From positions 1-25,446 of the IMG/VR virus record IMGVR_UViG_3300027963_000311: DNA of 25,446 nt; one strand, given 5' to 3'. This document shows positions 8,422 to 16,399 of the stretch, in pieces. Made by a program: the position numbers and the translations under genes. Numbering within the stretch: the stretch's first letter is position 1; each line of letters begins with the position of its first letter. This DNA comes from a virus (lineage: Duplodnaviria; Caudoviricetes). The notes below the pieces were generated by a model. The model was given only the letters and a program-made list of their open reading frames with translations, was not told the DNA's origin and made no database searches.

Positions 8422-9978
8422 CTACGATGCAGGATTCACACCATACACGAATGCTTCAGCCTGCGTCACGTCACCACCCCAACGTACCGTACAGAAAATG
8501 GCAGTCTGATAATTCGCCTGGTACAGGTATGGATTGCGGCTGATTTCCAAACCAAGATTTTCCACAAATGCATAGTAATTGAAGTTACCAAACAAAATGG
8601 CCTTGGCACTGGCCCCCAATGCGGCAATTTTATCAGACACTGCCACCGGTTTGGTATACAGGCTGTTCATATCACCCATAGGGGTTGGTTGGAAGCTAAA
8701 GAAATTGCCAGTGAGTGCACGAATGGCCCCAAGCGTGGTGTTACGCATTACCCAACCAACGCTGCTGGTATCGTCTGCATACCATTCAGGCAATTTGTGT
8801 ACGATGTTGAGAATATCGCTAGCGTCAACACCAGATACACTAGCCAACGTTTCCGAAACAGTGGCACGTGCCAAAATACCATAAGGTTGTGACGATCCCG
8901 TACCAACCAATTGATAGTTATTCAAGTGGCGTGCATATGCGCGTCCTACTTCGCGTGCAATGAATCCTTCAAGGTCCATGGCTTGATCACGCAACAATTG
9001 ATTTGAAATCTTCATACCCAATGATGCAGTGTAGATGGTGATGGCACTGCCAGCAAAGGTTGGTTCATCTTCGTTGAATGCACTCGATTCAGCAACAAAT
9101 GCAAAATCCGATTTTTCATCTTGATTTGCAATGTTGAAGATTTGGCCACTGGTGGTGTAGCGTTGCATAGGAAGCTTGGCACCAATCCAGGTTTCGTCAC
9201 GGCGATCCGTAATTTGTTTGGCATAGTCTTGTGGCACTAAGAAACCACCGTTTGCATTGGTGCCTTCTACTAATACGGCCTTGGCAGCGATTTCGTCACC
9301 AGTACGCATCCAGTGTTTAAGTGCATCCATTTGGTCATTGCTGTTACCCATGGTGGTAAGCTTTTTGGTAGCTGGTGCATTGCCTGCAATAACGCCACCA
9401 CCTTTTACAGGTTCGCCTGCCATTTCTTCGATGGCGGCCTTCACTGCATCCTTAATGATTTGGTCTGACATGGTTGTAGATTCCTTTGATGTAAGTGTGT
9501 GTATATTGCTACTGGTATTTGCAGGGCCGCTGTTGCCAGCCTGTGGCACTGCCTTCATATCAGAAATAGCCATGGTTCGTGGTTCTGCTGGTGTAGGGGT
9601 TAAACTAATTTCTCCTACAATCCAGCGTTTCAATTCGCCACCATCACGCACCACCAAATGTGATAGTGCACCTGTAGATAATCCTAGCACACCACGTTTT
9701 ACCAGTGCCATCACCTGCTGTGCATATTTGTGGCGTTTGTCAATTTCAATATCAACATCGATGCCTTCGCTATCAGGCTGCCACATCTTCACCGTGCCAA
9801 TTTGTGACTGCAAATCTGATAGGCCGTGATCATAATACACTGGCATGCCAACGAATGATCGTGTATCACCAAAATCTGTTTGTGCAGTGAATCGATCCCC
9901 CGTTAAATCTTTGCCACCAAACACCACGCCACGGCCGCGTACCACATATTCTGATATTTGTTTGACTGCATACTTCAT
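8422..9978 (-). CDS. Fused HK97-type prohead protease + major capsid protein
   Basis: N-terminal ~145 aa with YYDHG, GLSTG and EISLTPTPAEPRT protease motifs; C-terminal GGFLVP, FVAE, GTGSSQPYGIL, ILFGNF capsid motifs; no stop between them. Confidence 0.93.
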   Translation of the reverse strand: MKYAVKQISEYVVRGRGVVFGGKDLTGDRFTAQTDFGDTRSFVGMPVYYDHGLSDLQSQIGTVKMWQPDSEGIDVDIEIDKRHKYAQQVMALVKRGVLGLSTGALSHLVVRDGGELKRWIVGEISLTPTPAEPRTMAISDMKAVPQAGNSGPANTSSNIHTLTSKESTTMSDQIIKDAVKAAIEEMAGEPVKGGGVIAGNAPATKKLTTMGNSNDQMDALKHWMRTGDEIAAKAVLVEGTNANGGFLVPQDYAKQITDRRDETWIGAKLPMQRYTTSGQIFNIANQDEKSDFAFVAESSAFNEDEPTFAGSAITIYTASLGMKISNQLLRDQAMDLEGFIAREVGRAYARHLNNYQLVGTGSSQPYGILARATVSETLASVSGVDASDILNIVHKLPEWYADDTSSVGWVMRNTTLGAIRALTGNFFSFQPTPMGDMNSLYTKPVAVSDKIAALGASAKAILFGNFNYYAFVENLGLEISRNPYLYQANYQTAIFCTVRWGGDVTQAEAFVYGVNPAS

Positions 9979-11306
9979 TGATTCATTCCAATCAGCTGGC
10001 GTGCAAAATCTCGCACTGATTTGGCCATCTCATCACGCCATGCCTGTGGCAGTGCTGCAACAAAATCTGGTCCTTTGCGTTTGGCCAGTGCAATTAGTTT
10101 TGCCTTAAATTCCTCAAACGTTACATCACCTTTATAACGGCCCCATGTTGACACTGCTGCTGGCACATCATCTGGTGTAACAATTGGGAAGTTTCGTGTA
10201 TCAGGTAATACAAAATCACCTGCTGGCATTGCTTCGCGTTCTTTTGGCGTGGCGTTGCGATCAGCAGCAGTGCGAATGGCCATCATTGCATCAGGTTCGT
10301 ATTCGTACATTTGCATGCCAACAGGTTCTGCTGATTCCTGCATTGGTGTTTCTGCCAGCTCTTGTACATCCATTGGTTCTGCCATCATTACAGCACGCAA
10401 TTGCCAGCGTAATTTTTGATGGTACATTAAACGGTCCTGCAAGAAGTTTTGCACGCCATATTGCATCACTTCACCAGCCATCATGATTCCACCATTGATG
10501 CAGTCAATGATGTACAGGTTATCCATGCTAATGCTGGCAATGAGTACATCTAGTGAATCATCAGCAGTGGTGGTATCGATTGGTTGGTGCATGGCTAATT
10601 GAAACAACGTTGCTGGTGCCTTGTAATCGAGTGCACGCAATGTTTCGGCAATGCCATCAATCGCATCATCAAGTGCTTCATAGATTTGTTCAAAAAATGC
10701 ATGGTATTGTGGAAAATCTTCACCTTCCACATTCCAGTGTGCAGCGTGTGTTTTGTATTGCAAAAATACCGTATTGGCTAATACTTTGCATACTTCCATG
10801 GCCAAATCATCTTGTGTGGCTTTTACTGCCTTCATTGGCACTGCTGGCACCATTCCCATCATTGGTGATGGATTTGGCATACCATCATCACCCAATGCCA
10901 CCATGTGATTTACCAAATCTTGTGCAGTTTTGCGTGCAGTGCGAATGATTTTCATATCCGCTTCAGAGTGTCTGCTACCTGCTTTTACTTCCATCTTGTT
11001 TATCTCCTTCAAAATCGATTGCACCCAATCCCTGCCTGCATCGCCACCCCAACCATGCCATGCCTGCCAGCCACGGCCCTGATCATTCCATGTGCTGCCT
11101 TGTTTATCCACTGCATGGCGTGCAAAATAACTTGCCATGCGCTGTACTGTGTCGAGTGATACAGGTTCCCTATTCGCCAATTGCCGTGCACGTGCCAACC
11201 CAACCAACGTCATGCCACGTGCACTTGCAGGTTTTGATTCGCGTACATCAAGTGCCATCTGTGCATTGCGTGCCACGTCTGCTGGTGGTCTGTACGTATC
11301 TGCCAT
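9975..11306 (-). CDS. Multidomain head-region protein containing a Dps (ferritin-like) domain
   Basis: ATG 11306 with AAGGA SD. N-terminal phage head-associated domain (GLARARQLAN...RMASYFARH...WGGDAGRDW), KAGSRHS segment, central Dps domain, C-terminal ER..MP.GDFVLP..R.FPI domain (DUF6582-like). Stop overlaps capsid ATG (ATGA). Confidence 0.88.
   Translation of the reverse strand: MADTYRPPADVARNAQMALDVRESKPASARGMTLVGLARARQLANREPVSLDTVQRMASYFARHAVDKQGSTWNDQGRGWQAWHGWGGDAGRDWVQSILKEINKMEVKAGSRHSEADMKIIRTARKTAQDLVNHMVALGDDGMPNPSPMMGMVPAVPMKAVKATQDDLAMEVCKVLANTVFLQYKTHAAHWNVEGEDFPQYHAFFEQIYEALDDAIDGIAETLRALDYKAPATLFQLAMHQPIDTTTADDSLDVLIASISMDNLYIIDCINGGIMMAGEVMQYGVQNFLQDRLMYHQKLRWQLRAVMMAEPMDVQELAETPMQESAEPVGMQMYEYEPDAMMAIRTAADRNATPKEREAMPAGDFVLPDTRNFPIVTPDDVPAAVSTWGRYKGDVTFEEFKAKLIALAKRKGPDFVAALPQAWRDEMAKSVRDFARQLIGMNQ
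10390..10811 (-). other. dps: Dps / mini-ferritin domain
   Basis: KTHAAHWNVEGEDFPQYHAFFEQIYE...IDGIAETLRAL...HQKLRWQLRA; H192, H204, E208, D219, E223 (track numbering) have the spacing of the Dps ferroxidase ligands (Listeria H31, H43, D47, D58, E62). Confidence 0.92.
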
Positions 11307-11330
11307 GTGCAATCCTTTGCTAGTGTAGCA

Positions 11331-11798
11331 TTACGAAAATGCATCTTTTACGGCCTGATCTACCACTGATTTAATCTTGCCACTATCTTCCATACGCTTG
11401 GCTATTTCGTCAGTGGTTAACCAACGGCCCTGATGTATTGGTGCCTGCTTATTGCCAATTACATACTGTGCATAGCTGGCAGTGCTTACTGCCTGTGCTT
11501 CTGCAATAGTGCCACGTAGTACCAGGTAGCTTCTATTCAGCTTCTGTGATTTGCCTGCACCACGGCCGCGTACATACGGTATTTGGATTGTGCCCTTCCT
11601 ATACCCTGCCATTACAAACTTGCGCTGCTTATCACTGACAAATCCAGGTGCACTGCCACGTGCTGGCGGTGGTGGGTCGTTCAGAATTAGTTCAGTTACT
11701 GCAAGGCCTGCCACCACTGGCAATACATCTTGCTGTAATTGTCTAACCTTCTCGATTAGATGCAGTGTGGCGTTCTGTACTTCAATGCTAAATGCCAT
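11331..11798 (-). CDS. Virion morphogenesis protein (HK97 gp10 / Mu gpG-like)
   Basis: SQKLNRS, STASYAQYV.G, Q...H..RW motifs; located directly after the MuF domain. Confidence 0.65.
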   Translation of the reverse strand: MAFSIEVQNATLHLIEKVRQLQQDVLPVVAGLAVTELILNDPPPPARGSAPGFVSDKQRKFVMAGYRKGTIQIPYVRGRGAGKSQKLNRSYLVLRGTIAEAQAVSTASYAQYVIGNKQAPIHQGRWLTTDEIAKRMEDSGKIKSVVDQAVKDAFS

Positions 11799-13859
11799 CT
11801 ATTCACCTGGCCCTATGATTGGTGATTCCACCAACACTAACGCAATAGCACACCTGCAATTTACGTGTGCTGGTGGCCCTGCAGTCACTTCTACTGGCCA
11901 TTGTGCCTGCAGTAATCCATCATAATCTTTGCAGTCATCACAGATGGTTGTGTCATTTTCTGCAATCCAGATCATAGTGGTATTGATGCCAGCCTGCAGT
12001 GCCTGATTCTGAATGGCAAACGTTTGCTGTGCTGCAGCTCGTGTGGGTTCAGTGAATGCAATGCGTTGTGCACGCAAATCACCAAACATGGCTAATTGAT
12101 TGCGAATATCATCAACGGTAATGCCAACCGTGGTTTGTGCGTTGGTAATTACACTGCTGATGTAATCACGTTCAGTGGCTGATAGGTCCTGCAGGAAGGG
12201 TTGCCAGTAACTATCAATATAGGTATTCGCCTGATTGGCAATGCCTTGTTTGATAATCTCATCTCCTACAACATCAGCCATGCCAGGTATGGTGCGAATG
12301 CGTTCTGCACCTGCATCTAATACCAGCTGTGCCACATTGTCTGTAAGCACGTCACGCAAATCCGTGTCAATGGCTGTATAGTCACCATTGGCAATTGCTT
12401 CTGCATTCTTATCACTCCGCGCTGCTAACTTCTTGGCTATGGCGTCGTACACCTTGCGTTCAGCTGGTGTGAGATCAGCCAATGTGAGTGCCTTTATAAA
12501 GTGAAACACGTGACCTATATCACTCTTTTTTTTTACGCCTTTTAGTTCTGCATAGATAAAATCAGTCATGTATCGTGGCAGTGTATCTGATTCAAACGTG
12601 GCAGCAGCATTGCCTTTTTGTTTGTAGCGTTTCACGACCTTGCGTTCGTATGCTTCCAAGTCTGCAAGTCTACTGGCCTGTACTGCTTTTACATCAGTGA
12701 GTGATTCATCAACAATTTCTGCACCTGTATCAACGTTGATACCAGTCACATCAGGGCCAGTGGTGGTAGGTGGCACGCCAATTGCCTCATCAATGTTGTC
12801 ATAGCCTAGAATTTTCATGGCACTGCCAAGTGGTATGCCAGCCTGTACCAACTGCAGTAGGCTGCCAGCTCGTTGTGCTTCGTCTGTTTGAAATACGTCT
12901 AACGTTTCAGGAGTGAAATGCATTTTGTATTTGAGTGGTGCAAATACCTGTTGATTTAGTACACGTTGATAAAATGCCAACCGTGGCACAATGGTTTCAC
13001 GCCAAAATGATTGGCGATCACTATCAGCCGTGGCATAGTTCGCTGCACTTGCTTCTAGCATGGTACGTGGCACGCCAAACGTGGTAGTAATGTTGGTAGT
13101 AACGCGTTCTTGCAGTGGTACAAGTTCCATATCTTTTAACGGAAAGGTAAGAATTTGGGTTTTAACATCGCCACGAAAAAAGAAGGTTTTGAATGCATTC
13201 GAAACATTCTCTACACGTGACCGCCAATCAGATTTAAGCCGTTCATATTCTGGTGGCGTAATGGATTTGTCTAGACTCATGATTACTGCAGGCTGTGCAC
13301 CATGTTCAAAAAATGCACTGGTAAACCGTTCCAGATAATACGCAAGCTGTGCAGATTGCAGTGCTACACCTGCTGGTGCAATGCCGCCGTATACATCATC
13401 TCTAATCGATGGTTCGCGCCAGTACACAATTTCATCAATAGTCCAAGGCCCGTATATCTTGCCATTGATGTTTTGGCTAAATCGAATCCCCGTCATTACG
13501 TTGTCTGATGTTTGCAATTCAGGTTTGTATTCAACCTGTACTGATTTAGGATTCAAGAATTGAAACCCGTACAATACACGGCCACGATATAAGCGCAACC
13601 AAAATGCAGTGCCAGTTAGGAGTAGTGCACGTTCTGTTTGCTGAATCAGTGAATCCATTGGCGTGGCAAATGGATAATCAACGTTCACATCATTGCGTTC
13701 CAGTACAAATGGCACGGTGCCTAGCGCGTCTGATCGCAAATTGATAGCACGGTATAGCATTGGCACTTTTTCGTATGCATCAATGGTGCCGTATAATTCG
13801 CCAGCCTTCTTGGCAACACTGTACCAACCTGGTATGGCCTCGATCGCTTTATAAGTCAT
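11799..13859 (-). CDS. Portal protein fused to a C-terminal MuF / SPP1 gp7-like head morphogenesis domain
   Basis: HK97-type portal motifs (LLLTGTAF, YGGIAP, FFEHGAQP, FGVP..L, NYATA, FWRETIVP); C-terminal RAQRIAFTE..RA, W....D...C..C, PPAHVNCRC MuF signature. Confidence 0.92.
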   Translation of the reverse strand: MTYKAIEAIPGWYSVAKKAGELYGTIDAYEKVPMLYRAINLRSDALGTVPFVLERNDVNVDYPFATPMDSLIQQTERALLLTGTAFWLRLYRGRVLYGFQFLNPKSVQVEYKPELQTSDNVMTGIRFSQNINGKIYGPWTIDEIVYWREPSIRDDVYGGIAPAGVALQSAQLAYYLERFTSAFFEHGAQPAVIMSLDKSITPPEYERLKSDWRSRVENVSNAFKTFFFRGDVKTQILTFPLKDMELVPLQERVTTNITTTFGVPRTMLEASAANYATADSDRQSFWRETIVPRLAFYQRVLNQQVFAPLKYKMHFTPETLDVFQTDEAQRAGSLLQLVQAGIPLGSAMKILGYDNIDEAIGVPPTTTGPDVTGINVDTGAEIVDESLTDVKAVQASRLADLEAYERKVVKRYKQKGNAAATFESDTLPRYMTDFIYAELKGVKKKSDIGHVFHFIKALTLADLTPAERKVYDAIAKKLAARSDKNAEAIANGDYTAIDTDLRDVLTDNVAQLVLDAGAERIRTIPGMADVVGDEIIKQGIANQANTYIDSYWQPFLQDLSATERDYISSVITNAQTTVGITVDDIRNQLAMFGDLRAQRIAFTEPTRAAAQQTFAIQNQALQAGINTTMIWIAENDTTICDDCKDYDGLLQAQWPVEVTAGPPAHVNCRCAIALVLVESPIIGPGE
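12520..12534 (-). other. A9 run / A AAA AAG slippery site followed by -1 frame stop (GAG TGA)
   Basis: GGC GTA AAA AAA AAG AGT GAT at portal codons ~441-447; -1 frame stops at 12522-12520, +1 frame stops a few codons later (GTG ATA TAG). Confidence 0.65.
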
Positions 13860-13881
13860 TGTGCATTGCCTTTACTACCAC

Positions 13882-15099
13882 TTACATAAAATCATACATT
13901 ACGCTACCATCGCCTAACATGGCATTGGCACCACTCACTGCATCCACCATATCATCATGGCTGCCATACGGGAATGCCACAGACTCATCAATGAATTGCT
14001 GGCACCATTCGCCACGCACCACGCGAATCATATTCTGTTCAGCTCGAGCGGCCCATGGCATAGCGCGATGCATCTTATCCTTTGTGACGTGATAGCCAAC
14101 CAACGTAACGTGTGCTAATTCCTGCATGCGTCGCAATTCCTGCAGGCCTGCCAAACCATGCAGTGCTTCCTCAACACCTTGCGTGGTATCGTCTGCTTCT
14201 GATCGCATTACATCGATCATAATCTTGCGTACATCTGGCCATTCAGCCTTGATGCGTATGCCATCAGCAATGTACATGATGCCATCATCTGCCATAGCCA
14301 CACGCACACTAGCAGTATAGTCTGCACTATCTCGCACACTGGTGGCCAAATCCCAATAACGATACCACTGCAGGTTTGGTGGTGGTGCGTCTACTAACGT
14401 AAACCACTGACGTTTGAACAGTGCACCAGACAAATCAACAAACTGGCCGTTTGCTTCCTGTTCAAACTGTTCACTCGTATAACTTGTGCGTAACGTGTGG
14501 ATAAATGAATCGGGCAAAAATACATTGTCTGTGGTTTTGCTATGTATCACTGCATAATCAGGATTACTGCTGCCATGCCACAAATCGTATATCCAATTAC
14601 GGCCGCGTGGCGTGGTAGTAATCCATGCCTTGCCTGGCATTTCGCGCAACGTGGCAATGGCAATCTGCCACGCATCGATGTGCATCATGGCTGCTTCGTC
14701 AAACCATATCCAACCAAGATTGGCACCACGCAAGCGATCAGGATTGTCTGCACTCCTTAGCAATATTGTTCTGTTGCCATGCAGCACAATAGTGCCTGTG
14801 CTGATGTTATGCGTTTTAAGTATGCCAGCAGGCCGTGCAATATCTAATAACATCTTGCGTGGTCCATCACGTAGCATTGGGTATGTTGGCGCAACGATCA
14901 TGCCAGTGCTATTTGGTGGCATGCGTAGCACTTCGATTACACCAGCTCTTGTCTTGCCACTGCCACGGCCCCCAATAAAGGCCCGAAACCGTGCTGTGCT
15001 ATTCCAAAACATCTCCTGTGGTTTCGTACACTCGCTGTGGCGTAACGTCCTGTATTGTATTTGCGTTGTTGATGATTGCTGGTACACGTGGCGTGCCAA
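13882..15099 (-). CDS. terL: Terminase large subunit
   Basis: Walker A GGRGSGKT, LRGANLGWIWFDEAA, TTTPRG.NW, nuclease WDLA and FPYGSHDDMVDA. Exact start uncertain. Confidence 0.95.
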   Translation of the reverse strand: MARHVYQQSSTTQIQYRTLRHSECTKPQEMFWNSTARFRAFIGGRGSGKTRAGVIEVLRMPPNSTGMIVAPTYPMLRDGPRKMLLDIARPAGILKTHNISTGTIVLHGNRTILLRSADNPDRLRGANLGWIWFDEAAMMHIDAWQIAIATLREMPGKAWITTTPRGRNWIYDLWHGSSNPDYAVIHSKTTDNVFLPDSFIHTLRTSYTSEQFEQEANGQFVDLSGALFKRQWFTLVDAPPPNLQWYRYWDLATSVRDSADYTASVRVAMADDGIMYIADGIRIKAEWPDVRKIMIDVMRSEADDTTQGVEEALHGLAGLQELRRMQELAHVTLVGYHVTKDKMHRAMPWAARAEQNMIRVVRGEWCQQFIDESVAFPYGSHDDMVDAVSGANAMLGDGSVMYDFM

Positions 15100-15445
15100 T
15101 CTCTACTACATAATCATGTGTGATGGTTTGCTGTATCTCTTGACGCTGCCTATACTCTGCTGGCATGTGTCGATTCGCCATGGCCATCAGCAACATATCA
15201 CTGCCAGCAAATGCACGCTTCTTTATTTCACGTTCAATGCTGGCATTGAATAACGCCACTGCATTATCACACTGCGTATTAAAATCATGATCTGCATTCA
15301 TGTGGTGGTATACCGTTTGTCGTGATATACCAGCCTTTTTTGCTGCTGCTGCTATGTTGCCTTCAATTGACAAATGTTTGCAGTACAAATCACGCCATGC
15401 TGCATCTCGATTTACGCCATCTTTTTTTATCGTGTCAGATGCCAT
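14999..15445 (-). CDS. terS: Terminase small subunit
   Basis: HTH NIAAAAKKAGISRQTVY, D.DF, D.LL.......PAEYR; directly upstream of terL. Confidence 0.82.
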   Translation of the reverse strand: MASDTIKKDGVNRDAAWRDLYCKHLSIEGNIAAAAKKAGISRQTVYHHMNADHDFNTQCDNAVALFNASIEREIKKRAFAGSDMLLMAMANRHMPAEYRQRQEIQQTITHDYVVEIGTPRVPAIINNANTIQDVTPQRVYETTGDVLE

Positions 15446-15639
15446 AAATCATACCTACCTTTACATATCACTTCTTTAGTTGTCATAATGCGTAATATTA
15501 CATTAATAGTAGTATTAATAATAATTATGATAGGTGCATATTCATGCATTGTGGGTTCGTCGAGTAATGCCATTGCAATACTGGCAATCAACAGCAGTGC
15601 ATTGATCCAAATCGTTTTCGATTCATACCATGGTTTCAT
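15427..15639 (-). CDS. Holin-like two-TM membrane protein
   Basis: MKPWYESKTIWINALLL... with two hydrophobic segments; start re-assigned to ATG 15639 (AGGAG SD); in lysis cluster. Confidence 0.7.
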   Translation of the reverse strand: MKPWYESKTIWINALLLIASIAMALLDEPTMHEYAPIIIIINTTINVILRIMTTKEVICKGRYDLWHLTR

Positions 15640-15650
15640 GTGAGTTACTC

Positions 15651-15857
15651 CTACTTCATATAATTCAATATAAATACTAACACGCCATACAACGCACTGA
15701 TGGCCATCAGTACACCCTTCCATTTGGTCTGTTCTTGTTCTAATTGGCTAATGCGTGCTTCAAGTGATGCAAACTTTGCGTTGCCTTCGTCAAGTCGTTT
15801 GGCAATGTAGATAAGATGCGTATTAATTTCTGCTAGTTGTGTTTCTACAGTGCTCAT
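15651..15857 (-). CDS. Small coiled-coil protein with C-terminal TM helix (lysis accessory / holin-like)
   Basis: RLDEG...F..LE.RI..LE coil then VLMAISALYGVLVFIL; between amidase and holin. Confidence 0.65.
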   Translation of the reverse strand: MSTVETQLAEINTHLIYIAKRLDEGNAKFASLEARISQLEQEQTKWKGVLMAISALYGVLVFILNYMK

Positions 15858-16399
15858 GGATTGGTATCCTGTACAAACCGTGCACGCAAATCACTACGCA
15901 CTACATTCATATCTATCATAGCACCAGGGCATGTTTTTTTGCTACCTGTTTCACGATGTCCGAGTACGGTATTTTTTGATGGCTGCAGGCCACGCCATCG
16001 AAGCAACGTTTCTGCCACATGGTACATGGTAGTGCGTTGTTTCTCTGTCCAGTCATGATGATCGAAATAGCCAACCATCTCAATACCCCATGATTTATTA
16101 TTCCACATGGCGGCGTGTGTGCCTGGCTCGTTGATGGCCGTCATTTGCCAGATACCATCTGGTGCAATGAATAGGTGTGGGCCACTGGTCCAGCCAAGGC
16201 CGCAATAGTAATGCATCATGCCTTGCATAGTGGCCAAACCACGCCACTGGTATTCCTGTGGCGAATAGGTATGGTGCATGACAATTGCTTTTGCCCAATT
16301 GGCAATACTACTATCATATGAATAGACGTGTGTGCGAAAATCTTCTGCTGATTTCCACTGCCTGAAATCGTGGCGAAATAGTGCATCTGGTGTGGTCAT
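15854..16399 (-). CDS. Endolysin, N-acetylmuramoyl-L-alanine amidase (Amidase_2), catalytic domain only
   Basis: IVMHHT, HLFIAPDG.IWQ, G.HA...N..SWGIEMVG, LGHRE, KTCPG zinc-amidase motifs. Confidence 0.92.
   Translation of the reverse strand: MTTPDALFRHDFRQWKSAEDFRTHVYSYDSSIANWAKAIVMHHTYSPQEYQWRGLATMQGMMHYYCGLGWTSGPHLFIAPDGIWQMTAINEPGTHAAMWNNKSWGIEMVGYFDHHDWTEKQRTTMYHVAETLLRWRGLQPSKNTVLGHRETGSKKTCPGAMIDMNVVRSDLRARFVQDTNP

Noticed and set aside
8422-11306. Ferritin-like gene plus HK97 shell as a bona fide cellular encapsulin operon
   Set aside because: Shell is fused to a prohead protease and embedded among terminase, portal and tail genes; it is a phage capsid and the encapsulin link is only an analogy.
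12526-12534. A9 run as a sequencing artefact joining two separate genes
   Set aside because: Cannot be fully excluded, but the frame is continuous and I see no good SD plus start codon for a separate MuF gene right after the run; kept as a recoding candidate.
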